From positions 1 to 49,456 of IMG/VR virus record IMGVR_UViG_3300036833_000216: 49,456 nucleotides of DNA. One strand, 5' to 3'. Source of the stretch: a virus (Duplodnaviria; Caudoviricetes). A model generated the notes under the pieces. The model ran no database searches, had not been told where the DNA came from, and saw only the letters and a program-made list of their open reading frames with translations. The position numbers were made by a program, and so were the translations under genes. How positions within the stretch are numbered: position 1 is the first letter of the stretch; each line of letters starts with the position of its first letter. Below, piece by piece: positions 9,802-18,616 of the stretch.

Positions 9802-10374
9802 ATGAACCTTCTGTATTGCGACGCAAACGGCACGGTTGTCAGCGTTCATGACGATCAACAGCCCCAAGTGGACATGTCGGCTTATCCGACGGTGGTGCGC
9901 ATCATTCCCTACAGTCAACCTCTCTCGACGCTCAGTCGCGTCGGGTCGCCGCCTGTCGGAAACAATCTTATTCCCAACCCTCCAGACACGCGACCTTATC
10001 AGCAACCCACCGAGACGCCGCAGATATTGATCCCCTACGCAGCGCAAGTGCGGTTCAACACCGTCAATAAGGGGTTCAACTTCACCGCAGCGAGCGGCGT
10101 CGTTCCGGTTGCGACCGACCGTGAGAGCTACATGTTGGTCGGTAACACAGCGGCCTACGCGGCAACCCTGGCGCCCACGGCGGCGATCGATTTTACCCAG
10201 AATAATACGCATTACCCGTTGACTGCGGCCGAGATGATCAGTCTGTCTAATCAATTCGGTGCGCTCATTCAGCAGTGCCGCACCATCGAGGCGGCTTGCA
10301 TCGCCGATCTCACAGGCGCAACGCCGACGATCAAAATTTATGCTGACGTTGACGCCAAGTTTGCGGGTGTGTGA
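9802..10374 (+). CDS. Tail fibre assembly/chaperone-like protein (DUF4376-like C-terminus)
   Basis: YAAQVRF...VPVATDRES...YPLTAAEMISL...QQCRTIEA pattern; follows the fibre gene; RBS GAGGGG before ATG 9802. Confidence 0.6.
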   Translation: MNLLYCDANGTVVSVHDDQQPQVDMSAYPTVVRIIPYSQPLSTLSRVGSPPVGNNLIPNPPDTRPYQQPTETPQILIPYAAQVRFNTVNKGFNFTAASGVVPVATDRESYMLVGNTAAYAATLAPTAAIDFTQNNTHYPLTAAEMISLSNQFGALIQQCRTIEAACIADLTGATPTIKIYADVDAKFAGV

Positions 10375-10377
10375 CCT

Positions 10378-10755
10378 ATGGCCGGGCCTGCCTACTACGA
10401 AGCGACGATCAACATTGCGCTCAACGAGGATTGGATCGTGCCATTTGTCTATGGCACGTATGCCGCTGATGGCATCACAGTGGTCGGGATCGATCTCACC
10501 GGCAGCACGCTGAAGATGGAAATCCGTGAGCAAGAATCTGATAACGAGGCGATCGTCAGCGTTAGCTCGCCGAGCAACGGCATCACTATCACCAACATGA
10601 CCGGCGGCGCGTTCACCATCACGCTCGCGCGCGGCATACTTTGGCGGCTCGCGCCGGGAAGTTATGTTGTTGATTTGGTGCGGTTGATGGCGAACGGCTA
10701 TCAGGAACGCCTGATCGATGCCACCGCAACAGTGGTACAGGGAACGTCGCGATGA
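10378..10755 (+). CDS. Small beta-sandwich tail adaptor protein (BppU-N-like)
   Basis: [13 protein letters not shown]...GAFTITL...[10 protein letters not shown]...TVVQGTSR pattern is common before accessory fibres. Confidence 0.55.
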   Translation: MAGPAYYEATINIALNEDWIVPFVYGTYAADGITVVGIDLTGSTLKMEIREQESDNEAIVSVSSPSNGITITNMTGGAFTITLARGILWRLAPGSYVVDLVRLMANGYQERLIDATATVVQGTSR

Positions 10756-11501
10756 CTGAACTGCTAGGCATGGGCAACGGCGTCCCGCGCATCATCGGCA
10801 CCGCAAACTTGTCGCCGATGCCCGGTGGACCGTCGCTGATCGTGCCGCCAGTCGGTCCAGCGGGACCGCAAGGGCCGATTGGTCCTGTTGGGCCTCCCGG
10901 CCCGCCCGGTCCTCCGGGATCGCAGGGCAACACGGGCGCTGTCGGCCCGCCCGGGCCGCAAGGTCCACTGGGTACCCAAGGCGCCCCAGGACCCGGCTAC
11001 GGCGGCACCAGCACGTCGACCGTAGCGATCGCCACCGGCACGGCTTCGTTTACGACCGTAGCCGGTCTCGCGTATTTGCCCGGCGCTCGCATGCGAGCTT
11101 CGGTCAGCGGCACGCCGACAAGTTGGGTCGAAGGCTACGTCACTGACTATACGGCCGGTGTGATCACCCTGGCTGTCGATCTCATTAGTGGCAGCGGCAG
11201 CTACTCGAACTGGAACTTCAACGCCACCGGCATGCAAGGTGTGCAAGGCCCGATCGGCCTCACCGGCCCTCAAGGCGCCACGGGAGTAGGTCAAACGGGG
11301 CCCGGCTATTTGGCGACCAGTACAACCAGTTTGCCGATCGCGCTCGGCGTCGTGACCGTCATCGTGCCGGTTGGACTCGCCTACACGCCTGGAGCGCGTG
11401 CTCGCCTGTCCTCGAACAGCAATCCAGCCCTGTGGATGGAAGGCGTGGTCACGGGCTACACCGGAAACAATCTCACGGTCAACATCGACTTGCATAGTTG
11501 A
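10752..11501 (+). CDS. Collagen-like tail fibre protein
   Basis: G-X-Y runs ([21 protein letters not shown]...) alternate with two copies of a beta domain (TSTS..IA.G....GLAY.PGAR.R.S....W.EG.VT.Y). Confidence 0.8.
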   Translation: MTELLGMGNGVPRIIGTANLSPMPGGPSLIVPPVGPAGPQGPIGPVGPPGPPGPPGSQGNTGAVGPPGPQGPLGTQGAPGPGYGGTSTSTVAIATGTASFTTVAGLAYLPGARMRASVSGTPTSWVEGYVTDYTAGVITLAVDLISGSGSYSNWNFNATGMQGVQGPIGLTGPQGATGVGQTGPGYLATSTTSLPIALGVVTVIVPVGLAYTPGARARLSSNSNPALWMEGVVTGYTGNNLTVNIDLHS

Positions 11502-11510
11502 ACGAGGAAA

Positions 11511-13538
11511 ATGATGCCAAGTGATTGGAATATAAATCTCGCAGGGCAACAGGGAGCCACAGGGGCGCCCGGTCCGGGTGGCGTACCTGCGGATGCATTT
11601 ATTGCAACGCTGAGCGCGGATCAGAGTATCGCTATAAACACAAACACTAAAGTCAATTTTAATACAGCCCTTTACAATCAGAATGCTAAATACAACACCA
11701 CCACGCAGCGTTGGACGCCTTCGGCTGGCCCGGTGCAGATAGAACTACAAGTGTATGCGGGTATTGGGACCCCGACCCCTGGTTCTGCCATTACTTACTT
11801 GGTTATAGTTCTCTACAAAAATGGTGTTAGTTGGAAACAGTTTAATAGCAGCGGTCCTTTTGCGACTATGTCGGTTGTTGATACAGCAAACGGCACAGAT
11901 TATTACGAGGCTTATGCATCAGTAGTGTCGGGCACTGGACCATTCGGGATAAGTTCTAGTGCCGTTTATACTTTCTTCCAAGGCTTCGCGGTTTCTCCAG
12001 GTGGTCCAGCGGGCCAAGCGGGTGCGGCTGGTCCGCAGGGTCCACAAGGTCTTCCTGGTCCAACAACACCAGCGGATGCATTCGTCGCAACGCTGAGCGC
12101 GGATCAGACGGGGATCGCGGCGAATACCTGGACCAAGATCAATTTCAATTTGTCTGGATACAATCAGAATGGCAAGTTTAATACTTCTAGTTCGCGTTGG
12201 ACGCCGAGTCCCGGGCCTGTAGAGATAAATGCTCAAATCGCTTGTCCCACGGTCGCTACTGTTTTGCTCGCCATTTACAAAAATGGTATACAAGCCTGCC
12301 ATAATGCTGGCACCAACACTCCTACCGTTCCTCTCACGATAGTAGACAATGCAAATGGTACTGATTATTACGAATGCTGGGTGCAAAGTAATGTTGCCAA
12401 CACAGTAACGGCTAACTACCTATTTACTTTCTTCGGAGGCTTCGCGATCGCGCCGCAGGGGCCGGTTGGTCCAGCTAGTTTCCCCGACGCGCCGTCGGAC
12501 AACACACTCTACGGTCGCCAGAATGCTGGTTGGGTCAGCGCCGCGCCGCTCGACGCGATGGCCTTCAACGGCATGCAGATCAACGGCAGTTGCGATGTCA
12601 GCCAGGAGAACGGGGCGAACGTAGTAGCTGTGCCGGGTGGTACGATCAAGTATATCGTTGATGGCTGGTTTGCATATTTTGGGAATAGCACAGCAGTATT
12701 TCGAGCATTTCAACAGCCAGCAGGAGGAATTACCAATCTCAGCAATTGCATCGCATTGCAGGCGACCACAGCGATAACCACTGTCGCCGCTGGCGATAGC
12801 GCGACATTTCAAGTTCCTATTGAGGGTTACCGTATTGCGCGCTTGGTTTTCGGCACCGCTAATGCGCAGCCAGTTACGATTGGCTTCTGGGTATTTGCAT
12901 CTATAGCTGGCACGATGGCGGTATCAATTCGCAATGCCGGTGGCACCCGTAGCTATGTAACTAACGTCGCCATTACCGCTGCCAACACGTGGCAATGGGT
13001 GACAGTGACCATTCCCGGCGACACGGCTGGAACGTGGGTAAATACCAATGCGTCTGCGTTGGTTGTTACTTTTTGCTTTTGTTGCGGGTCAACCTTTCAA
13101 GCCACACCAAACGCGTGGCAAGCTGGTAATTTGTTCGGCACGGCGAGCACCACCAATTTCTTTGCGACCGCCAACAATCAGGTGCAAATAACTGGGCTGA
13201 TCGTATTGCCCGGGATCGAACTGCCGTCTGCGGCACGCTCGGCTCTGATCATGCGGCCCTACGATCAGGAATTGTTGTTGTGCATGCGGCTGTATGAGAA
13301 ATTTACCATTCAAGCACTGCAGTCTCCGGCAGCAAGTACGATGACGGTGCCATACAGTTTCAAGGTGCTAAAGCGCAGCATGCCAACAGTGACCACACTG
13401 ACAGTTCCCACTTATTCAAATGCCTCTGGCGCGACGATTGCTGGCGCCACCGTCGACATGGTCAGCTTGCAGTTTACAGCAGGCGTAGCGGGTGGCTATC
13501 TAGCTACGTGGGGACTCGGTGCTGACGCGAGGCTCTGA
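11511..13538 (+). CDS. Tail fibre with short collagen segments, two C1q-like domains and a C-terminal carbohydrate-binding-like domain
   Basis: Two repeats of AF.ATLSADQ...K.NFN...YNQN.K.N....RWTPS.GPV.I...YKNG...VD.ANGTDYYE; PDAPSDNTLYGRQNAGW linker; NGMQINGSCDVSQE...YDQELLLCMRLYEK fibre motifs; lower GC than the flanks. Confidence 0.75.
   Translation: MMPSDWNINLAGQQGATGAPGPGGVPADAFIATLSADQSIAINTNTKVNFNTALYNQNAKYNTTTQRWTPSAGPVQIELQVYAGIGTPTPGSAITYLVIVLYKNGVSWKQFNSSGPFATMSVVDTANGTDYYEAYASVVSGTGPFGISSSAVYTFFQGFAVSPGGPAGQAGAAGPQGPQGLPGPTTPADAFVATLSADQTGIAANTWTKINFNLSGYNQNGKFNTSSSRWTPSPGPVEINAQIACPTVATVLLAIYKNGIQACHNAGTNTPTVPLTIVDNANGTDYYECWVQSNVANTVTANYLFTFFGGFAIAPQGPVGPASFPDAPSDNTLYGRQNAGWVSAAPLDAMAFNGMQINGSCDVSQENGANVVAVPGGTIKYIVDGWFAYFGNSTAVFRAFQQPAGGITNLSNCIALQATTAITTVAAGDSATFQVPIEGYRIARLVFGTANAQPVTIGFWVFASIAGTMAVSIRNAGGTRSYVTNVAITAANTWQWVTVTIPGDTAGTWVNTNASALVVTFCFCCGSTFQATPNAWQAGNLFGTASTTNFFATANNQVQITGLIVLPGIELPSAARSALIMRPYDQELLLCMRLYEKFTIQALQSPAASTMTVPYSFKVLKRSMPTVTTLTVPTYSNASGATIAGATVDMVSLQFTAGVAGGYLATWGLGADARL
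11589..12460 (+). repeat. Diverged internal duplication encoding the two C1q-like domains
   Basis: GCGGATGCATT..TGCAACGCTGAGCGCGGATCAG at about 11589 and 12072, with protein similarity over about 130 aa. Confidence 0.8.
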
Positions 13539-13717
13539 TGGCTGAATATCAACTTACAGCGACCGATCAAGCCGTGATCCGCACCGCGGATAGCGCCTTT
13601 ATCCCCAACGATCCCGCCAACCGCGACTGGGTCGAGTATCAGAACTGGCTTGCGGATGGTGGCGTGCCTGATCCGTATGTGGCGCCTGAGATGACGCCCC
13701 CGCCCAAAGAGAAGTGA
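13538..13717 (+). CDS. Small tail-fibre-associated protein (59 aa, not in the ORF track)
   Basis: MAEYQLTATDQAVIRTADSAFIPNDPANRDWVEYQNWLADGGVPDPY...; the IPxDPxNxDxxxYxxWLxxG motif is typical after phage fibres; TGATG overlap. Confidence 0.8.
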   Translation: MAEYQLTATDQAVIRTADSAFIPNDPANRDWVEYQNWLADGGVPDPYVAPEMTPPPKEK

Positions 13718-13726
13718 GGCCGCGCA

Positions 13727-14002
13727 ATGGCATTTGATCTGGAGGTGGAATATCTGGAAGGCCTCAAGCTGATGGCCTTCTGGCATCAGTGCCCGGTGGA
13801 GGACATTCTCAAGCGCATCGCCGCGACCAACCCGCCCGACTTCGGCTTGGCGCTGCGCTGGTACATCTTCGACTTCTTCGTGGGGCGAAAGTATCGCCAC
13901 AACGTCCACCCCAAGATGCCCAATCGGCGCGTGCGGTTCTGGCACGACAAGTTTAACAACGCACCGACGCCGACGCGGCACTACGTCAAACTCCCTCCGT
14001 AA
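13727..14002 (+). CDS. Ribbon-helix-helix (RHH_4-like) protein
   Basis: LEVEYLEGLKLMA...VEDILKRIA....DFGLALRWYIF resembles the RHH_4 pattern LE..FW..L..IA....LI..ID...NL.SA.RVFVL. Confidence 0.5.
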   Translation: MAFDLEVEYLEGLKLMAFWHQCPVEDILKRIAATNPPDFGLALRWYIFDFFVGRKYRHNVHPKMPNRRVRFWHDKFNNAPTPTRHYVKLPP

Positions 14003-14175
14003 ACGCTCGAAGGCGGCTTTGAGCCACGTCTGCCTCGCCGTGCCGATAGCGACGCTCCCGGCGGAAACGCTGCGTGAGCTAGCGACCAAGTCTCACTGCA
14101 TCGTGTTTCACGACGGCAGCGTTGCTCGGCGCAATCGCACGAGCTGGTTCGTGTATCTGCAATCCTGTGAGCGCG

Positions 14176-14409
14176 ATGGCGATGCCGGTCTATTTGTTGC
14201 TCATAGCGCTGCGCTTGATCACGCTGACCGGACCAGACGGGCAGGTGATCGAGCTTAATCCGGGCACCGTGGCGACGCTGCGCACGGTGCGCGACGCGGA
14301 CCATTTCGCCCGTGGCACGCGCTGCATCGTCTTCACGACCGACGGCAAGAACGTCAACGTCAGCGAGACGTGCCAAAAGGTTCACGAGTTGTTGGAGCAA
14401 GCAAAATGA
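14176..14409 (+). CDS. Small protein with hydrophobic N-terminus, FlbD-like pattern
   Basis: LITLTGPDGQVIELNP..V..L...T.IVFTTDGKNVNVSET..KV; ATGA-coupled to the endolysin. Confidence 0.5.
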   Translation: MAMPVYLLLIALRLITLTGPDGQVIELNPGTVATLRTVRDADHFARGTRCIVFTTDGKNVNVSETCQKVHELLEQAK

Positions 14410-15686
14410 CCAGGATCGTCGTATCGTCCGGCCACGGAACCAAAATTCGCGGCGCGTCAGGCTACCCCGTGCCGCCCCAACACGACGAGGTTGACCAAGC
14501 AATCAAAATGATGAACGCCGTTGCGGCTAAGCTGAAAGCCGCAGGCGTCGAAGTCGTCACCTTTACCGACACAGTCTCAACAAGTCAGAACGAGAACCTA
14601 AATCGTATTGTTGATTTCCACAATTCGCAGACCCGCGATTTGGATGTGTCCGTCCATCTGAATGCCTTCGATCACTCGGCCCATGGGGTCGAAGTTCTGT
14701 ACGTGACCCAGTCGAGCCTTGCGTCGAAAGTCTCGGCGGCAATTGCTGACGCTGGTGGCTTTACCAATCGCGGCGCCAAGAAACGAACCGACTTGGCGTT
14801 TCTCAACGGCACCGAGGAACCGGCAATCCTGCTCGAATGCTGGTTTTGCGACCACACTGGCGATTGCCAATCGGCCGACGCCAAGCACGACGCCATTGCG
14901 GAGGCGATCGCCGAAAGCATCAGCGGCTACGAAGTGCCGGACGAAGAACAGCCGCCGGATCAGGAATTGCCGCCGCAACCGCTGCCCGAACCGCCCACGG
15001 ACGAAAATCGCATCGACATCGTCAGCCACACCCAGGGCCAAGTCGCGTTCGTCATCAACGGCCAGCTGGTGAGCGGGCGCGAACGTTGCCCCAACGTGGT
15101 GCATATCCGAGCCAAGGTGACCGGCGACATCATCATCTCGATCAATGGCCAGGATCTGCACAACAAGCCCGATGAACCGAGCGAGCCCGACGAGCCGGAA
15201 GTTCCGCCCGAGCTCGAGCGCATTCCCGAGAATCAAAAAGACATCACGGCGACCGTGTTCGGCGGCGACGCGGACAACGAATATTCGGCCTATGGGCCCT
15301 ACGACAGCCAGGGGCGCGGGCCGTATCTCAACGACACCGATTACTATGTCAGCTTGCCGGTCACCATCGATGATCCCGACGTGCGCGCTCGCGGCGTGCG
15401 CGTGTTCAATGTCGACAACGAGCTGAGCGCGGTCGGGCCGATCATGGACAAGGGGCCATGGGTGGTGAATGACGACGACTATGTGTTCGGCGATCAGCGA
15501 CCGATTGCGGAAACTTGCTACAAGAACAAACAGCCGTTGCCGTCAGGAAGCGGCAGCAACGCAGGCAAGGTGCCGAGCAATGACGCGGGCATCGATCTGA
15601 GCCCGGCGCTTGCCAATGCGATTGGCATTGAGGGCAAGGGCAAGGTGCATTGGCAGCTCGTCACCGACGAAGCCGAAACCTCGTAA
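14406..15686 (+). CDS. Endolysin: N-acetylmuramoyl-L-alanine amidase (Amidase_3) plus C-terminal DPBB/RlpA-like domain
   Basis: Zn and catalytic motifs SSGHG, HDE, SVHLNA, AILLE; C-terminal ATVFGG...VSLP...VRV.N...IMDKGPW...GIDLSPALANAIG; Pro/Glu linkers. Confidence 0.88.
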   Translation: MTRIVVSSGHGTKIRGASGYPVPPQHDEVDQAIKMMNAVAAKLKAAGVEVVTFTDTVSTSQNENLNRIVDFHNSQTRDLDVSVHLNAFDHSAHGVEVLYVTQSSLASKVSAAIADAGGFTNRGAKKRTDLAFLNGTEEPAILLECWFCDHTGDCQSADAKHDAIAEAIAESISGYEVPDEEQPPDQELPPQPLPEPPTDENRIDIVSHTQGQVAFVINGQLVSGRERCPNVVHIRAKVTGDIIISINGQDLHNKPDEPSEPDEPEVPPELERIPENQKDITATVFGGDADNEYSAYGPYDSQGRGPYLNDTDYYVSLPVTIDDPDVRARGVRVFNVDNELSAVGPIMDKGPWVVNDDDYVFGDQRPIAETCYKNKQPLPSGSGSNAGKVPSNDAGIDLSPALANAIGIEGKGKVHWQLVTDEAETS

Positions 15687-15706
15687 CGCTAGATAGGAGA
15701 CGGACC

Positions 15707-15937
15707 ATGAACCTGATCGAACGCGTGATCCGTGCGCTGATCTACATCGCCGTGCTGGTGCTGTGCGTGTTTCTGATCTTTTGGTTCCTGGCGGCGATCG
15801 GCCTACTCATTCCTTACATGGTCGAGCGCATCGTCTGGGTGATCGTCGCCCTGGTGGTGATCCTGGTGCTGGTGCGACTGTTCTGGCCGGTGCTCGGCGG
15901 TTACGACTGGTGGGGCGACCGACGCGGCCCGCCGTGA
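15707..15937 (+). CDS. Holin-like membrane protein (2 TM)
   Basis: 76 aa with two long hydrophobic helices, RBS AGGAGA, immediately after the endolysin. Confidence 0.55.
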   Translation: MNLIERVIRALIYIAVLVLCVFLIFWFLAAIGLLIPYMVERIVWVIVALVVILVLVRLFWPVLGGYDWWGDRRGPP

Positions 15938-15963
15938 ACTAACTCCCGTTCCTCCCGGACTTG

Positions 15964-16000
15964 GCCCTGCCCGCTTCCGTGTCGGGTGGGGCTTTTTTTT
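15964..16000 (+). terminator. Intrinsic terminator ending the late/lysis operon
   Basis: GCCCTGCCCG-loop-CGGGTGGGGC followed by T8. Confidence 0.85.
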
Positions 16001-16006
16001 GACCTG

Positions 16007-16041
16007 TTGACTTGCCGGGGCGCGAAAGTCTAGCTTTCGCG
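16007..16041 (+). promoter_or_regulatory. Putative sigma70 promoter with overlapping palindrome
   Basis: TTGACT..TAGCTT, with CGCGAAAG-N5-CTTTCGCG (16021-16041) covering the -10. Confidence 0.45.
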
Positions 16042-16063
16042 ATCACGAGGACACAATCTTACG

Positions 16064-16411
16064 ATGACCGAGGAAAAATTTCTGCACGTGGGCGGGGTGA
16101 TGGACAAGTACACCTATCGGCTCGACGCCGCGCGTAAGCCGGTGCGCTGCGACAACGATGATGGGTGGTACGCGTGGTATGAGGACATCGATAATCGGCG
16201 CGTGGCGCGCACGCAGCTCACCGACATGATCACGGTCAGCACCATTTTCACCGGCATGGATCTGCCGCCGCACGAACCGCCGCTGCTATTCGAAACCGAA
16301 ATCTTTGGCGGCGAATACGCGGGCTGTCGCTGGGCTTTTGCCAGCTGGGATGAAGCCAAGCTCGGACATGACGTGATCGTCGCGGCGCTGCGCAAAGTAT
16401 TGGAAGCATGA
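16064..16411 (+). CDS. Hypothetical phage protein
   Basis: RRVART...VSTIFTGMD....PLLFETEIFGG...SWDEA..GH resembles a recurrent small phage family; coupled to the next gene. Confidence 0.65.
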   Translation: MTEEKFLHVGGVMDKYTYRLDAARKPVRCDNDDGWYAWYEDIDNRRVARTQLTDMITVSTIFTGMDLPPHEPPLLFETEIFGGEYAGCRWAFASWDEAKLGHDVIVAALRKVLEA

Positions 16412-16689
16412 CACTACATCAAGCCGCCGCCCGCAACGAAGGTGTGATTATGAGCCACAACCAAGCAACGAGCGCGATGGAGATTGCCGCCAAGCTGGAG
16501 CCTTTTTTTGATGCGTTGCGCGGCAAGGGGCCGAATGTTCAAGGCGCGGTGCTGGCGCAGCTCACCGCGCGCTGGCTGGCAGGACATGTGGTGCCGGGCT
16601 CGCGCGAGGAGACCGAGGCGGCCCGGCAGAAAATATTCGAGATGCACATCGCGCAGACATGGGAGCTGGTGTCGGTGTTTGAACGCTAG
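16408..16689 (+). CDS. Hypothetical phage protein
   Basis: ATGA-coupled ORF (GPNVQGAVLAQLTARWLAGH). Confidence 0.6.
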   Translation: MTLHQAAARNEGVIMSHNQATSAMEIAAKLEPFFDALRGKGPNVQGAVLAQLTARWLAGHVVPGSREETEAARQKIFEMHIAQTWELVSVFER

Positions 16690-16750
16690 ATCGGGGCGGT
16701 CCCCGAGAGGCACCACTAAAAGGGCGGCACGGGCAGAGAGGGTGGCGAAG

Positions 16751-17026
16751 ATGGTTGATGATGTTCTACACGTACCGAAAAATGAGATGCCACGCATCGA
16801 TGCGATATGGGCGTTCCTCTCGATCGATCCGGAGGACGGCAACGAGGGCGTGATCGCCGGTCCGCTGATGGGGCCGGGCTCGGTGGTGCCGCTGGTCGCG
16901 GCCGACGAAAAGCGGCTGGCCTCCCTGGAACCATTTGCCCAGCAATGGGCAGAAGTGTTCGGCCGTGTCGTCCGGCTGGTCAAATTCAGCCAACGCGAGG
17001 TGATCCGGGAATATGGTGGAAAATGA
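16751..17026 (+). CDS. Hypothetical protein (paralogue A)
   Basis: MVDDVLHVPKNEMPRIDAIWAFLSIDPEDGNEGV...VRLVKFSQREVIREY; has a decayed copy at 17600. Confidence 0.65.
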   Translation: MVDDVLHVPKNEMPRIDAIWAFLSIDPEDGNEGVIAGPLMGPGSVVPLVAADEKRLASLEPFAQQWAEVFGRVVRLVKFSQREVIREYGGK

Positions 17027-17130
17027 GCAAGCCACGCGAGGAACAGACCGCCGACATGTCGGAGAGTTGGTGGGACGATTGCCGCGCCGCAGGCTTCACA
17101 TCCAAGGAAGGTACGGTAGCAGCTGCGCAT
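17023..17130 (+). pseudogene. Truncated N-terminal paralogue of the 17129 gene
   Basis: MSKPREEQTADMSESWWDDCRAAGFTSKEGTVAAAH aligns with REERIAELTEQWEAQLRAAGFNHAERVTAAAH; homology stops where the next ATG begins. Confidence 0.6.
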
Positions 17131-17371
17131 GAGCGAACCGGCCGCATCGCGCGAAGAACGCATCGCCGAACTGACCGAGCAATGGGAGGCGCAACTCCGT
17201 GCGGCTGGGTTCAATCACGCGGAGCGCGTGACGGCAGCCGCGCATCTGCTCCACATGCTGTTGTGCGACAGCCCGTCGATGGACAAGGCGGCCGCGAATC
17301 TGAGCGACATTTTCGTTGCCACCATGCAAGCGCTGCTGCGGCGGAAGGATTGGCGCAACAATGGACCCTAA
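17129..17371 (+). CDS. Hypothetical protein (paralogue B)
   Basis: 80-aa helical ORF overlapping the next start. Confidence 0.6.
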   Translation: MSEPAASREERIAELTEQWEAQLRAAGFNHAERVTAAAHLLHMLLCDSPSMDKAAANLSDIFVATMQALLRRKDWRNNGP

Positions 17372-17603
17372 AGAAGTTCCCGAACAGGTGTGGGCCTTGG
17401 TCGCGTGGCTCGAGGCGCGCAAGCTGTCGCGTTCGGCGGCGGTGCCGATCTTCGCCAGCGTGATGGCCTGGGGTATCGCCGAGCAGGCGCACGGCACGCC
17501 GGATGCCTATTTCGAAGAGGGCCTCGAACTCGGGCGAAAAATGTTGGAGAGCATCGCGCGCGACATGCGCGAAAAGTTCAAGCAGCAAGGATCAGTGTCG
17601 TGA
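17361..17603 (+). CDS. Hypothetical protein
   Basis: MDPKEVPEQVWALV...; AAGGA RBS; GTGA overlap with the next element. Confidence 0.55.
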   Translation: MDPKEVPEQVWALVAWLEARKLSRSAAVPIFASVMAWGIAEQAHGTPDAYFEEGLELGRKMLESIARDMREKFKQQGSVS

Positions 17604-17793
17604 GCGATCCGGTCATTGTTATTCCCAAGAACACCATCCGCATTGACACGATCTGGGCGTTTGTCTCGGTTGATCCCGAGGATGGCCGCCCGCCATTGGA
17701 TGACGACCGCGATTATGTTTGGAACAAAATATCCAAATGCTGGTGCGGCTGATCAAGTTCAGCACCCGCGAGGTGCTCGAGGACTACGAATGA
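17600..17793 (+). pseudogene. Internally deleted, frameshifted paralogue of 16751..17026
   Basis: N-part IPKNTIRIDTIWAFVSVDPEDG and, in another frame, C-part LVRLIKFSTREVLEDYE*, whose stop overlaps the next ATG (ATGA). Confidence 0.65.
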
Positions 17794-18140
17794 GCTACGT
17801 CGGCGTGTGGCTTTATGTGGTGCTGTTTACGGGCCTGCTTGCAGCCGGTGGTCTGATGTACGTCGGGATAGCCGGTCAACGTGCGTTTGCCCGGCGGTAC
17901 GCCGCTGCACAAATACGGCCCACGCCCAGGCTCGATCATGGTCGTGACACGCCAGAGGGCGAATTCCGACTTGAAGACGGCAGCATGCTCTATGTTGTTG
18001 ACGGCAAACGCGTCGCCGAGCGAGTTGGCGATGGCGACTGGGTCATTCACGTGCCCGGCTGGCATCTCGAGGACGCCTACAGCGGCCAGACCGGCGGCGT
18101 GGTGACATTGGTGTTTTATGATCCGGAGGACGCGGCGTGA
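17790..18140 (+). CDS. Hypothetical membrane-anchored protein
   Basis: N-terminal TM YVGVWLYVVLFTGLLAAGGLMYVGIAG; GAGGA RBS. Confidence 0.55.
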   Translation: MSYVGVWLYVVLFTGLLAAGGLMYVGIAGQRAFARRYAAAQIRPTPRLDHGRDTPEGEFRLEDGSMLYVVDGKRVAERVGDGDWVIHVPGWHLEDAYSGQTGGVVTLVFYDPEDAA

Positions 18141-18442
18141 TTGTTCCATGGGTGCGGCTGTATCGGAACATCGACTTAGGGCTGATCGAGGTCATGCTTG
18201 ACGACGACGATCCGCGGCCCGCGCGCGAGCAGCTCGATGCCAACTATCAACATGGCGGCGGCTGGCAACCGCTGCGCCTCTTTAAGCTGCTGGACAATGG
18301 TTGCCTGCAATATCCCGGTGATCCGCTGTTCAGGCCGCTGGCCGAGGCGCGGCTGCGCGACGAGCTGATCAGATTCTACGAGCATGAGGTGGTCGCGATC
18401 ATCCAGCCGGATGGCTGCTTCGAAGCCGCGCGCATGGATTAG
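18137..18442 (+). CDS. Hypothetical phage protein
   Basis: DPRPAREQLDANYQHGGGW...YPGDP...IIQPDG.FEAARMD; GTGA coupling. Confidence 0.65.
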   Translation: MIVPWVRLYRNIDLGLIEVMLDDDDPRPAREQLDANYQHGGGWQPLRLFKLLDNGCLQYPGDPLFRPLAEARLRDELIRFYEHEVVAIIQPDGCFEAARMD

Positions 18443-18616
18443 CCACCGTGGATTGGTCAGCTGTTGCGGACTACTTGGAAGTTGAAAGCCTCGGCTTGCA
18501 GGAGCGGGCCGAGTTTGGGTTTCCGAATGATCCGCAAACTCAACGAGAGATGCGAACGCGCGCGGCGATCTTTGGCACTTTCGCACAAGCGATCCGTGCC
18601 GGTATTGAGGATCTGG

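Noticed and set aside
11589-12460. Duplicated fibre segment as a DGR template/variable repeat pair
   Set aside because: Differences are not adenine-specific, both copies are in-frame domains of one gene, and no reverse transcriptase is present.
14019-14258. 79-aa ORF before the lysis genes
   Set aside because: TTG start, no motif, and overlaps the better-supported 14176 ORF.
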